NCBI RefSeq assembly: GCF_011386835.1
Contig: NC_088807.1
Coordinates: 24,986,001-25,050,000, forward strand
Direction: 5' to 3'
Source: Chrysemys picta bellii
Lineage: Eukaryota
DNA length: 64,000 nt
A program made the translations under genes and the position numbers. Of this stretch, positions 1-9,900 are shown piece by piece; position 1 is the first letter of the stretch; each line of letters starts with the position of its first letter. The notes under the pieces are model-generated. The model had not been told where the DNA came from, ran no database searches, and saw only the letters and a program-made list of their open reading frames with translations.

Positions 1-272
1 GATGAATACCAAAGACGCCTTGCTGCCACGACCACTGCCCCCGCCATTATCCTCACTACTACTACCACCCCTGTAACACATCCTAATACAGACAATACTA
101 TATACTCTTATGAAACCCAGTGGCCAAGGCCTTTACACCTTAGTGATCCCTATGGGATGGTGCCAATAGTGCAGCAGCAATTTGGAACATTTACAAAGGC
201 CAACAACATGATGAGAAATTAGAGCAACTGGAAAAGGCCACTGGTCTTATTATTGGAGCACAGTTAACCCAG
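1..272 (+). mobile_element. Possible retroviral env-like fragment (degraded)
   Basis: Thr-rich reading (DEYQRRLAATTTAPAIILTTTTTPVT...). After a frameshift it reads [40 protein letters not shown], resembling a fusion-peptide/heptad start. Pattern recognition only. Confidence 0.3.
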
Positions 273-1321
273 AGATCCTCCGCGGTGTCATTTGCAGCGT
301 GAAGAAGGAAGGAGAATGGAAGGTGCTGATCATGGACCACCCCACCATGCGCATCCTCTCGTCGTGCTGCACGATGTCCGACATTGTGGACGAAGGCATC
401 ACGCTTGTGGAAGATATTAATAAGCGCCGGGAGCCAAGCCCCAGCCTGGAGGCCATCTACCTGCTCAGCCCTGTGGAGAAGTCGGTGCAGGCTCTGATCA
501 ATGACGTCCAGGGCACTCCCACTTCACCTACAAGGCGACTCACATCTTCTTCATCAACACCTGTCCTGAGACTCTGTTCAACGAGCTGAGGAAGTCACGG
601 ATCACCAAGGCCATCAAAACCCTCAGGGAGATCAACGTGGTCTTCCTGCCCTTCGAGAGTCAGGTGTACTCCCTGGCAGGGTCATAGACCTTCCACAACT
701 GGTTCAGCCCCTACTGCTTCTTGGAAAAGAACAAGCAGATGGAGATGCTGACAGAGCAGATTGCCACATTGTGTGTAACCCTGAAGGAGTATCCAGCCAT
801 CCTCTACAGGAAGGACCATGAAGATAACTTCCACCTGGTGCACAAAGCCCACTCCCAGCTGCTGATGGTGGATCGGAGCTTCGACCTGGTGTCCGCACTG
901 CTGCACGAGCTCACCTACCAGGCCATGGCCTACGACCTACTCAGCATCGAGAACGGCACCTACAAGTACGAGACAATGGGCATCAGCGACTCGCGGGAGA
1001 AAGTGGCGCTGCTGGACGAAGACGACGAACTCTGGGTGCAGCTACGCCACATGCACATCGCTGACGTCTCCAAGAAGTGAGAGTAAGAGGCTGACCATGG
1101 ACAAGACCAACATCGAGGACCTGTCCCAGATCCTAAAGAAGATGCCACAGTACCAGAAAGAACTGACCAGGTACTCCACGCACCTGAACCTGGCCGAGGA
1201 CTGCATGCGGCACGTCAAAGGGACAGTGGAGAAGCTGTCCATGGGGATGGACGTGGACGGGGAGATGATCAAGGACCCCGTGAAGATCATCGTGCCTGTC
1301 CTGCTGGATCCCATTGTGCCT
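273..1321 (+). pseudogene. STXBP2: Processed pseudogene of syntaxin-binding protein 2 (Munc18-2), 5' exon missing and 3' truncated
   Basis: Intronless match: [80 protein letters not shown] and [10 protein letters not shown] favour STXBP2 over STXBP1. Frameshift near 520, in-frame TAG at 685, internal deletions. Confidence 0.93.
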
Positions 1322-1386
1322 CCAGCGCAACTATCAGTCTTAAACCTCCATGTTCATCAACCCTTGTATTTCTGATTCTAGATCAA

Positions 1387-1878
1387 ATGGTCCTGTTCTG
1401 GGCACTGCACTTCAAGACAGATGTGGTCAAACTGGAGAGAGTCCAGAGGCGAGAGACAGGAAGGAGGAAAGGTTTCGAAAACCTGACCTAGGAGGAATGG
1501 TTAAAAACTCAGGACATGTTTACTCCTGAGAAAAGAAGAACAGTCTTCACATTTGTTCCGGGCTGTTATAATGAGGCCGGGGAATCAGTTGTTCTCCGTG
1601 TTTGCTGAAGGCAGGACAAGAAGTAAAGGGTTTGATCTGCAGCCGGGGGGGATTATGTTCGAGGTTAGGAAAAACTTTTTAACTCTGAGGGTAGTTAAAC
1701 TCCGGAACCGGCTTCCAAGGGAGATTGTGGGATCTCTGGTCATTGGCGGTTTCTAAGAAGAGGTCGGAGAAACACCTGTCAGGGATGGTCTAGGTTTATT
1801 TGGTCCTGCCACCTCACCGGGGGCTGGACTTGATGACGTCTCGAGGTCCTTTCCAGCCCAACGTTTCTATGACTCTAT
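1387..1878 (+). mobile_element. CR1 LINE 3' fragment
   Basis: Degraded ORF2 end (KLERVQRR-like) and a CR1 tail, ggtcctttccagccc...ttctatgactctat. Confidence 0.85.
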
Positions 1879-2560
1879 ATTTCTAATCTCTTTTTTCCCC
1901 TGCCTTCCTCTGAAGCACCGGAGATCAGCCACTGCTGGTTGGCGCTTGGAGCTGGTCCAGGAATCCTCTGTCTAGATGCCTAGCTCTTGGGACATGGGGC
2001 CTTCCTCCCATAGGGGACGCCAGCTCCCATCCAGTCCAAAATCCAACAGCCGTTCCTAGAGACAACAAGGGTTGTTCTCAGTCCGTCAGTGACAATGTGA
2101 GACCCTAACGGCCAGTAGGCCCGTCCTGTCTCTGCACTTCACGGCCCCTTACACACTCGGCCCCTCGGAAGGGGGCTCTGGATGGGACACGGCCCGTCTG
2201 CACCTTCTCCTAACCCTTTGGGATGGGATGGGCTCCTCCACACATCGCTGGAGGGGGGAGTCCCCGTAGAATTGGACCCAGCGATCTGGGGATTGCACCC
2301 CAACCTCTGGGCACCATAATCGGGAGGCGTGTAATGGCTCTAAGCATCTCTCAGAGCTTTGGGCTTGCACCTGGGGGCGAATCTCGGAACTCCGTCCCCT
2401 GGACAATGCCCAGCTTGGAGAGATTGTGGGACAAACGTCCTGTTAATTACCACAAACTCCCACCTCAGCCCGTCAGCCGCTCCGCCTCCACCCCCAGCTG
2501 GTTGGGGGCAGAATTGACGGGGGGGCTTGAAACAGTAGAATTGTTGGGAGACACAATTGA

Positions 2561-2699
2561 CACATCCGACACATCCGAAGAAGTGGGCTGTAGTCCACGA
2601 AAGCTTATGCTCTAATAAATTTGTTAGTCTCTAAGGTGCCACAAGTACTCCTGTTCTTTTTGCGGATACAGACTAACACGGCTTCTACTCTGAAACCTG
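2561..2699 (+). mobile_element. Penelope-like element terminal fragment with a hammerhead-like motif
   Basis: ccgaagaagtgggctgtagtccacgaaagcttatgc...gttagtctctaaggtgccac; flanked by ACAATTGA at 2553-2560 and 2700-2707; absent from paralogous sites near 30240 and 50060. Confidence 0.8.
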
Positions 2700-3268
2700 A
2701 CAATTGATAGGGTACTGGAGGGGGCAGAATTAGGGGGGTCCAGGCTTCATTTCGGGGCTGGGAGACAGAACTAACTGCTGGGCAGAGGGATGAGCTGCTG
2801 TGGGGGTGATGGGGGCCCCCCCCACTTCTGTTCCAAGCACTTCCAGTACTGAGATGTTCTCGTCAGGGCATCCAGGGTCACAAGCAGCCGCCTCGCCCTC
2901 TGCCTCCGCAAGAGCGAGCGTGGCTGGAAATCAGTTCCCTGCCGTGCCGGCCTGTCCGCCTCACCGGTAACCCCCCAGAGACGCTGCTGGCCTTTCCCTT
3001 GCCTTCCGGCTGACTCCCCGCCTCCGGCAACCCCAGAGCCGTCCCTGGGCTGTGTCCCGTCCCGCCCCGGCCTGTTTGCTCAGCTGAGCCTCGCGCCCGA
3101 CTCCAACGCCCCAGCATGGAGCCGGGTTCTAGCAAATCCAATGCTGAGCGTGGCAACGAAGAGCCGAGTTTAAGTGATGCGGAGCCAGAGGAAAAGGCAC
3201 CAAACCGCACTTTTCTAGTGACGGACACGACATTGTTGCGCGGGGCTACTTTGCCGAGTGTTTAAGGC

Positions 3269-3535
3269 GGTGTTGTTGGAGATGTGTCGATCTCATCTTG
3301 TCTATCTTTGCCGATGGTTGTAGGTAGTGTTGTTGGAGCCAAGTCAGTCGCACCTTCTTTCTTTGCCGATTGTATACAGCAGAATTGGAGCCATGTCAGC
3401 CTCACTTTGTCTATGTTTTCTGGTTGTTGTAGGAAGTGTTGTTGCAGTCGCATCAGTCCCCCATTGTCTAGCTTTGCCATGTTGTACATGGTGTTGTTGG
3501 AGCCGTGTCGGTCCCACCGTGTCTCTCTATCTTAC
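3269..3535. repeat. Degenerate ~55-bp tandem repeat, about 5 copies
   Basis: Recurrent gtgttgttggagcc...gtc...ctttgcc units starting near 3269, 3327, 3382, 3436 and 3490. Confidence 0.65.
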
Positions 3536-4315
3536 CCCATTCAATTTTCTGCCTTATGTCAAGTTCCCAGCAACCCCAGCCCTCCAGGCCGGGGGACTGA
3601 ACAGGCCCAGAGGGGACCGGCCCCTACATCCATCAAGGAGGGTCATTGTGCTCCTTGTGTATCCCCCAAAGTCCATTGTCTCTGCCTCAAGAGCCAGGAA
3701 GGACTCCTGGAGGCTGGACAATGTCTCCCCGCCTGCTCCCCATGTCACTCGAGGGCTGTGAATGTACGTTTCTTCTCTCCGCTGGGCATCCAGCCGTTCG
3801 GCCGGGTAAATCAACACTCCAGTGTCTAGGGCAGGCTGGGTTTCCACTACCTCCTCACGCATGCACAAGGCAATGGGGCTCGATGCAGCTGTTATCGGAG
3901 CCCCTCCAAGACTGGAGAAATAATCCCCTAAGTGAGAACCCAGCTTGGGGAGGGGTCAGAGTTGAGGGGGCTGGGAGCCAGGACTCCTGGGTTCTCTCCC
4001 TGGCTCTGGGAGGGGTGTGGGGTCTGGTGGGTGAATACGGGGGACTGGGAGCTGGGGCGCTAGGAGCCAGGACTCCTGGGTTCTTTCCTCAGCCCTCTGA
4101 AGGGATTGGGGTCTAACGAAACCCAGGCGCCCAGCCATGGACGTGATGGCATCTCCCTCATACCGCACTAGGTGCAAAGGGCCCAGCCCTCGGTGCCACG
4201 CAGGGACTGGCAGCAAGGCAGAAGATCCGAGGCTGGTTCTGCTCTAATGCGGGTTACTGGGAGCACTCCATGGTGTGTGTGTGTGTGTAGCTGGCCCAGC
4301 AGCCCCGCCTCCGCA

Positions 4316-4576
4316 GGCGCCAATTTCCCGTGCGATTAGCCGGCTGCGTCTGACTCCCTGCGGGCAGGAGCCGGGGGGTGATGAGCGCCCAGCCCCTCCG
4401 TCTGCGGGGCCCGGCTGGCACGGTGGAGATTGGCTCAGGCAGGAGCCCTGGGAGTCGGTGCCAGGGGAGGACTCGTGGATGCCGGGGAAAGGGCCCATAA
4501 AAGCCCCGGCGCCGCCCGGGTGGAAAGCAGCAGGCACCGGCACCGAGAGAGACGCAGACCCTGCCGCTGCCCAGGT
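4316..4576 (+). promoter_or_regulatory. Predicted promoter and non-coding first exon of the OR at 6261
   Basis: CCAAT 4320-4324, reverse CCAAT 4429-4433, CATAAAAG 4496-4503, donor CAG|GTAGGG at 4575. Conserved in the paralogs at 29039-29300 and 48945-49200 on the minus strand. Confidence 0.45.
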
Positions 4577-4699
4577 AGGGCGGGTGCCGTGGGGCAGAGA
4601 CGGGACACGGGGCCATTCCCGGGTAGGGACACCCCCTCCGCACTGACCCCCATCACCTCCTCCTCTGGTCAGGGGGCTGTCCAGCCACAGTCAGTGGGA

Positions 4700-5100
4700 G
4701 CCAGGATGCCTGGGTTCTGTCCCAGGCTCTGGGAGGGAAGTGGGGGCTAAAGGTTAGAGCAGGAGGGGCTGGGAGCCAGGACTCCTGGGTTCTGTCCCAG
4801 GCTCTGGGAGGGGAGTGGGGGCTAAAGGTTAGAGTAGGAGGGTCTGGGAGCCAGGACCCCTGGGTTCTCTCCCTGGCTCGGGGAGGGAAGTGGGGTCTGG
4901 TAGGTTAGAGTGGGGGGGTTGGGAGCCAGGACTCCTGGGTTCTCTCCCTGGCTCTGGGAGGGGGGTGGGGTCCAGTGGGTTAGAGCAGGTGGGGCTGGGG
5001 GTCAGGACTCCTGGATTCTTTCCTCATCTCTGGGCAGGAAGTGGGATCTGGTGGGTTAGAGCGGGGTGGGGCTGGGAGCCAGGACTTCTGGGTTCTCAGG
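4700..5100. repeat. GC-rich minisatellite (gggagccaggactcctgggttct core, ~60 bp unit)
   Basis: Tandem copies here and at 3960-4110; reverse-complement arrays at about 28670-28920, 29530-29760, 48500-48830 and 49430-49580. Confidence 0.85.
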
Positions 5101-6260
5101 GGTGAATCCCTCCATGCTTTGCCCATAAAGGGCTCCCAGCCCATCCCAGTCCCTCTCTCTCTCAGCGGGAGGCAATTTTCCTTCCTTCTCTTCAGCCGTC
5201 CCCCTTTCTAATCCCTGCCCTGCTCGGAGGATCCCCCCCATCCGGTTACCCTGTCCCCCTCGGTACCTCTCAGCCACAGCCCCTCCTGCTAGGTCTTCCC
5301 TCCTTTCCCAGGCATGGGGCTCCTCCCCAAACCCCCGGCCCCATGCCCAGTTCCATCTGGGATGGAGGGACCAGTGTTCAGAGCAGGAGGGTGGGCTTCC
5401 CAAAGCTGTCTGGACCATCCCCCTCTCTTCTCTGCCCCAAATATGCAACCCCCGATCATCGCACCCAGCCCTTGGGGCTCTCAGCCACCAACCCCGACGA
5501 GGTGTCCCCGTCCCATCTTTATGGGGATGTTTATTATGGTCCCGGTAGGAGGCTGCAGATGAAATCGCGGTGGGGAGGCTGACACTGAGTGCTGCCAAGA
5601 TCAGGGCCCCCCCTTGTGCCAGGCGCTGCCCAGACCCTGACCGAGATCAGGGCCCCGTCGTGCCGGGCGCTGCCCAGACACACACGGAGAGACTGGCTCT
5701 GCCGTCGAGAGCTCCCAGTCTGAATGCACCGGGGGAAGCAGAGCCCTAGAGCTGGGCAGTAACTTGCCCAGCGTAACCCAGCTGGTCAGTAGCGGAGCTG
5801 CGAATAGAACCCAGGAGTCCTGAGTGCCCGTCCTGCTGTCTGCCCACATCACATTGCCACGCTGCCTCCAGGTCCCTCTGTCATCCCCCTGCCCCAGGCA
5901 TCGCTCCCCCCGGCTTAGTAGCGCCTGCAGATTTAAGTCACCGACCCCTCTTTCCAAAAGGAACCCCGTGAACCCCGCTTTCCTCACCAACGCCTTTCGC
6001 CTGCTAACGTCCCTAAAGATGTGTGTGGATATTGGCTTATTCTTTGCTTCATAGCCTAAACTGTTATGTGGTGTTATGTGCGGCTGTTCCCCAGCTGCCT
6101 CGCCCCAGACGTGGCTGCATCTCTGCGCCAGACCAGCCCTTCCCGAACACCAGACCCTTAACACTAGGAGGAGGCAGTGCCAGCCCCAGCCTGGGCTGAG
6201 GGCACTGGCAGAGGGTCAGGTTCTCACCCACGCTCTCTCCCACAGATCCGTGCCCCCCCC

Positions 6261-7193
6261 ATGGCCGGGCCAAACCGGACAGAGGTTACTGACTTCCTCC
6301 TTGTGGGCTTCTCCTCCCGCCGAGACCTAAGTCTGCTCCTCTTCTCGCTTGTGCTGCCCGTCTTTCTGCTGGGCCTGGCGGGGAACCTGGGCCTGGCGGT
6401 TCTGATCCGGGCCGAGCACTCCCTCCACACCCCCATGTACTACTTCCTCAGCCACTTGGCGCTACTGGACCTCTGCTCCTGCTGTGCCGTGGGCCCCATC
6501 ATGCTGTGGGGTCTGCTGGCCGGCCAGGCCGCCCTCCCCGGCCCAGCCTGCGCCCTTCAGATGTTCCTCTTTGCCGCTGCTGCGGATGCCGAGTGTTGCC
6601 TGCTGGCCGTCATGGCCTACGACCGCTACGCCGCCGTCTGCCGCCCGCTCCACTACCAGGCCGCCGTGCCGCCCCGCCTCTGCCGTGGGCTGGTGCTGGG
6701 CTCCTACGCAGCTGGGGCGGCCAGCGGGGCTGTACACTCCGGCCTGGCCTTCCGCCTTCCCTTCTGCCGCAGCCGCGCCATCAACAGCTTCTTCTGTGAC
6801 ATCCCACCTGTGCTGGAGCTGGCCTGCGCCGACACCAGCCTCAACCAGGCCCTGCTGCTGGCCATCTGTGGAGCCATCCAGAGCGTCACCCTGCTGACCA
6901 TCCTGGCCTCCTACAGGCTCATCCTCGGGGCCGTGGGGCGGGCGGGCTTGCGCCGGGCTGCCTCCACCTGCGGCTCCCACCTGGCAGCTGTGGCTGTGCT
7001 CTACGGGACCCTCATCTTCATGTACCTGCGGCCTGAAGGCAGCTACGCTCCCGAGGCCGACAAGATGGCCGCTGCCTTCTATACCGTGGTCATCCCCACC
7101 CTCAACCCTGCCATCTACAGCCTGCGCAATGCTGATGTCAAGGCGGCCCTGGCCACGTGGCTCTTGGGTGGGCGCCGCATCTGGGGGGGCTGA
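6261..7193 (+). CDS. Olfactory receptor, class II, family 5/8/9-like, 310 aa (OR-A)
   Basis: NRT glycosylation site, LHTPMYYFL, MAYDRYAAVCRPLHY, STCGSHL, PTLNPAIYSLRN. Splice acceptor ctctctcccacAG at 6244-6245 places the start at ATG 6261. Confidence 0.95.
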   Translation: MAGPNRTEVTDFLLVGFSSRRDLSLLLFSLVLPVFLLGLAGNLGLAVLIRAEHSLHTPMYYFLSHLALLDLCSCCAVGPIMLWGLLAGQAALPGPACALQMFLFAAAADAECCLLAVMAYDRYAAVCRPLHYQAAVPPRLCRGLVLGSYAAGAASGAVHSGLAFRLPFCRSRAINSFFCDIPPVLELACADTSLNQALLLAICGAIQSVTLLTILASYRLILGAVGRAGLRRAASTCGSHLAAVAVLYGTLIFMYLRPEGSYAPEADKMAAAFYTVVIPTLNPAIYSLRNADVKAALATWLLGGRRIWGG

Positions 7194-7244
7194 GGAAGGG
7201 GCTGGAGGAGGGGTGGCCAAGGGAAGGGGAGATGGGTCAAGATG

Positions 7245-7470
7245 GCTGCTTAAGGTCTGCCACGGCATTGGTGCAGTGCTTCAGTGTAGACGCAACCTAC
7301 TCCGATGGGTGGGTGAAGGTAATGCACCTCCCAAGGAGGCGGTAGCTAGGTCTTACGGAGTATTTCTTCCATCAACCCAGTGCTGTGTACACATCTCTCT
7401 GGGGTGTGGCTTTTTCACACCCTGGAGCGACATCGCTGGGTCGACCAACTTCTTAGAGTAGCCCAGGTCT
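7245..7470. mobile_element. Short non-autonomous DNA-transposon-like repeat just 3' of OR-A
   Basis: gtgtagac/gtcgacc-containing repeat; reverse-complement copies at about 26155-26400 and 45890-46137. Confidence 0.45.
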
Positions 7471-7474
7471 CAGT

Positions 7475-7745
7475 ACATAAGAACGGCCAGACATGGTCAG
7501 ACCAAAGGTCCATCTAGCCCAGTATCCTGTTTTCCGACAGTGGCCCATGCCAGGTGCCCCAGAGGGAATGAACAGAGCAGGGAATCGTCAAGTGATCCAT
7601 CCCCTGTCGCCCATTCCCAGCTTCTGACAAACAGAGACTCGGGACACCATCCCTGCCCAGCCTGGCTATGATGGACCTATCCTCCACGAACTGATCTAGT
7701 TCCTTTTTGAACCCTGGCCCTGGCAACATCCTCAGGCAAAGAGTG
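7475..7745 (-). mobile_element. CR1 3' end fragment
   Basis: acataagaacggcc...ggtcagaccaaaggtccatctagcccag is the reverse complement of a CR1 tail. Confidence 0.8.
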
Positions 7746-8001
7746 CTGCAGCCAGTGGCCCCGTCCTGTCTCTGCACTTCACGGCCCCTTAAACGCTCAG
7801 TCCCTAGAAGGGGGCTCTGGATGGGACACGGCCCAGCCTCACCTTCTCCTAACCCTTTGGAATCAGCTGTTCTCCTCCACACATCGCTGAGGGGCAAGTC
7901 CCCCTGGAATTGGACACAGGGATCTGGGGTTGCACCCTAACCTCTGTGCACCATAATCAGGGGGTCCTAAATGACTCCAAGCATCTCACAGAGCTCTGGG
8001 C

Positions 8002-9290
8002 TGTTAAAGGGCTTATTCCTTCACCCGCTTACTTCCTGGATCCTTCTTGCATGAACAGAGAGCAACAATATCCGAAATCTGAAGGTGCAAAAATTCAATG
8101 TTTATTGGGGTGAACTTCCAGCAAGCAATGATTCCAATTTCCTTCCTCAGTGTCCCCCTTCCCAGCTCTGACACCACACAGCATGGCCTGTGTCCCTGTT
8201 CCCATCCACCCTCTTAGCAAAACATGATTCCAATTCCCCCTCCCCGTTCCCTGTTCCCATTCCCCCGTTTACGACCTGATTGACTGCAGACTATCTAGTA
8301 AAACTTGCGTTCTGCTTAGCCAGACCTTAACCAATCATTTTACTGAAATTTAACTAACCAATTCTAACCTATTGTAACATGATTATCTAACCAATTATAT
8401 CCCACCACCTTAATTGGTTTACACCCAACAAAATTGCAGACAGAAACAATCACAGAACCAGACAGAGATTATACAGACAAACAATAGGGAAATGAAAAGA
8501 ACGAGGAGTATTTGTGGCACCTTAGAGACTAACAAATTTATTTGGGCTAAAGCCCACTTCATCAGATCCCTGTAGTGGAAAATACAGTAGGAAGATAGAT
8601 ATACAGAGAACATGAGAAAATGGGTGTTGCCATACCAACTCTAATGAGACTAATTGATTAAGGCGGGCTATTATCAGCAGGAGAAAAAAAACTTTTGTAG
8701 TGATAATCAGGATGGCCTATTTCCAACAGTTGACAAGAAGGTGTGAGTAACAGTAGGGGGGAAATTAGCATGGGGAAATAGTTTAGTTTGTGTAATGACT
8801 CCTCCACTCCCAGTCTTTATTCAAGCCTAATTTAATGGTGTCCATTTTGCAAATTAATTCCAGTTCTGCAGTGGAGACTACAGTGATAGAACAACAAAGA
8901 AATGAGGATTTCACACCCGTGCTATGGATAAGTGAGTTCTTGCCAGACAGGACGTTATCAAACTACGTTTTCTTTAAATCTTCTAGGCTCTTCCCTTTCT
9001 CTGGAGGTGATGGGCATTACCAGGAGAGGACTGTATTCCTAACGGCCCCATAGCACCTTATTGCCATGTGACTAGTGGACGGTAAGGATGGGACCATACA
9101 CTTCCCAGTTTATGGCTGCCTCTTCTGCTTAGCCAAAGGCCTCAGACTGTCACAGTGAGAAAAGGCCCTATTCAGGCAGACAGTGATTTTGATTCTTTCT
9201 TTTATACCTCTAGAACTAGCTAAACAATAAACCTAGACCTAAATTCTTAAAGTATAGCCCTTTACGGACAGGCCTATCTATATCCTAACA
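8002..9290 (-). mobile_element. Solo LTR (ERV-like), interrupted by a Penelope fragment
   Basis: TGTTA...TAACA termini; minus-strand AATAAA near 8103; flanking direct repeat CTCTGGGC; empty site in the paralog near 30465. Confidence 0.75.
8491..8870 (-). mobile_element. Penelope-like element 3' fragment
   Basis: Minus strand reads AELELICKMDTIKLGLNKDWEW (ORF C-terminus), then a degenerate hammerhead region and gttagtctctaaggtgccac. Confidence 0.8.
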
Positions 9291-9649
9291 CTCTGGGCTC
9301 GCACCCAGGGCTGAATCTCTGAACGCGGCCCCTTGGAGATATCATGGGACAAACGTCCTGTTAATTACCACAAACTGCCACTGCAACTCATCAGCCGCTC
9401 CGCCTCCACCCCCAGCTCCCATCCCCGAGGGCACCAGCGCCTAACGATGCCCAGAGCGGTGTGGCTTCATTATCAGTAATGAACACACCAGGGGATGAGT
9501 TGGAGACAGGAACACAAGGAGACCCGGGTGGGGCCGGATGTGCCTGTGCCGTGTATTCCTATGTTAGATGGATAAACAGGGGACTCCGGAGTAACTGGAG
9601 ATTGGGTCTAGTTCCCCTGTAATTGGCCCTGGTGCGACCACAGTCTATA

Positions 9650-9900
9650 AGTACCAACATGGGGGATAAATATTTACTAACAGGCTCTTCACTCTAGCAG
9701 AGGAAGGTCTAACCCGATCCAATGGCTGGATGGTGAAGCTAGACACGTTCAGACAGGAAATAAGACGTGCATTTTTAACGATGAGGGGAATTAACCATTG
9801 GGACAATTGACCAAGGGTCATGGTGGATTTTCCACCCCTCACAATTTTTCAATCAAGCTGGGATGTTTCTTTAGGAGATCTGCTCTAGGAATTGGCTTGG
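9650..9900 (+). mobile_element. CR1 ORF2 end fragment
   Basis: Reads GLFTLAEEGLTRSNGW..KLDTFRQEIR; reverse-complement paralogs at about 24935-25170 and 44670-44905. Confidence 0.8.

Noticed and set aside
6177-6260. 28-aa N-terminal extension of the OR ORFs (also 27379-27462 and 47116-47199)
   Set aside because: It begins at GTG and crosses a clear splice acceptor; the canonical start is MAGPNRT.
6462-7268. Long antisense or shifted ORFs over OR, Gag and RT genes (e.g. 6462-7268, 26504-27160, 42438-43070, 56981-57595)
   Set aside because: Shadow ORFs expected from high GC and codon bias; no family motifs.
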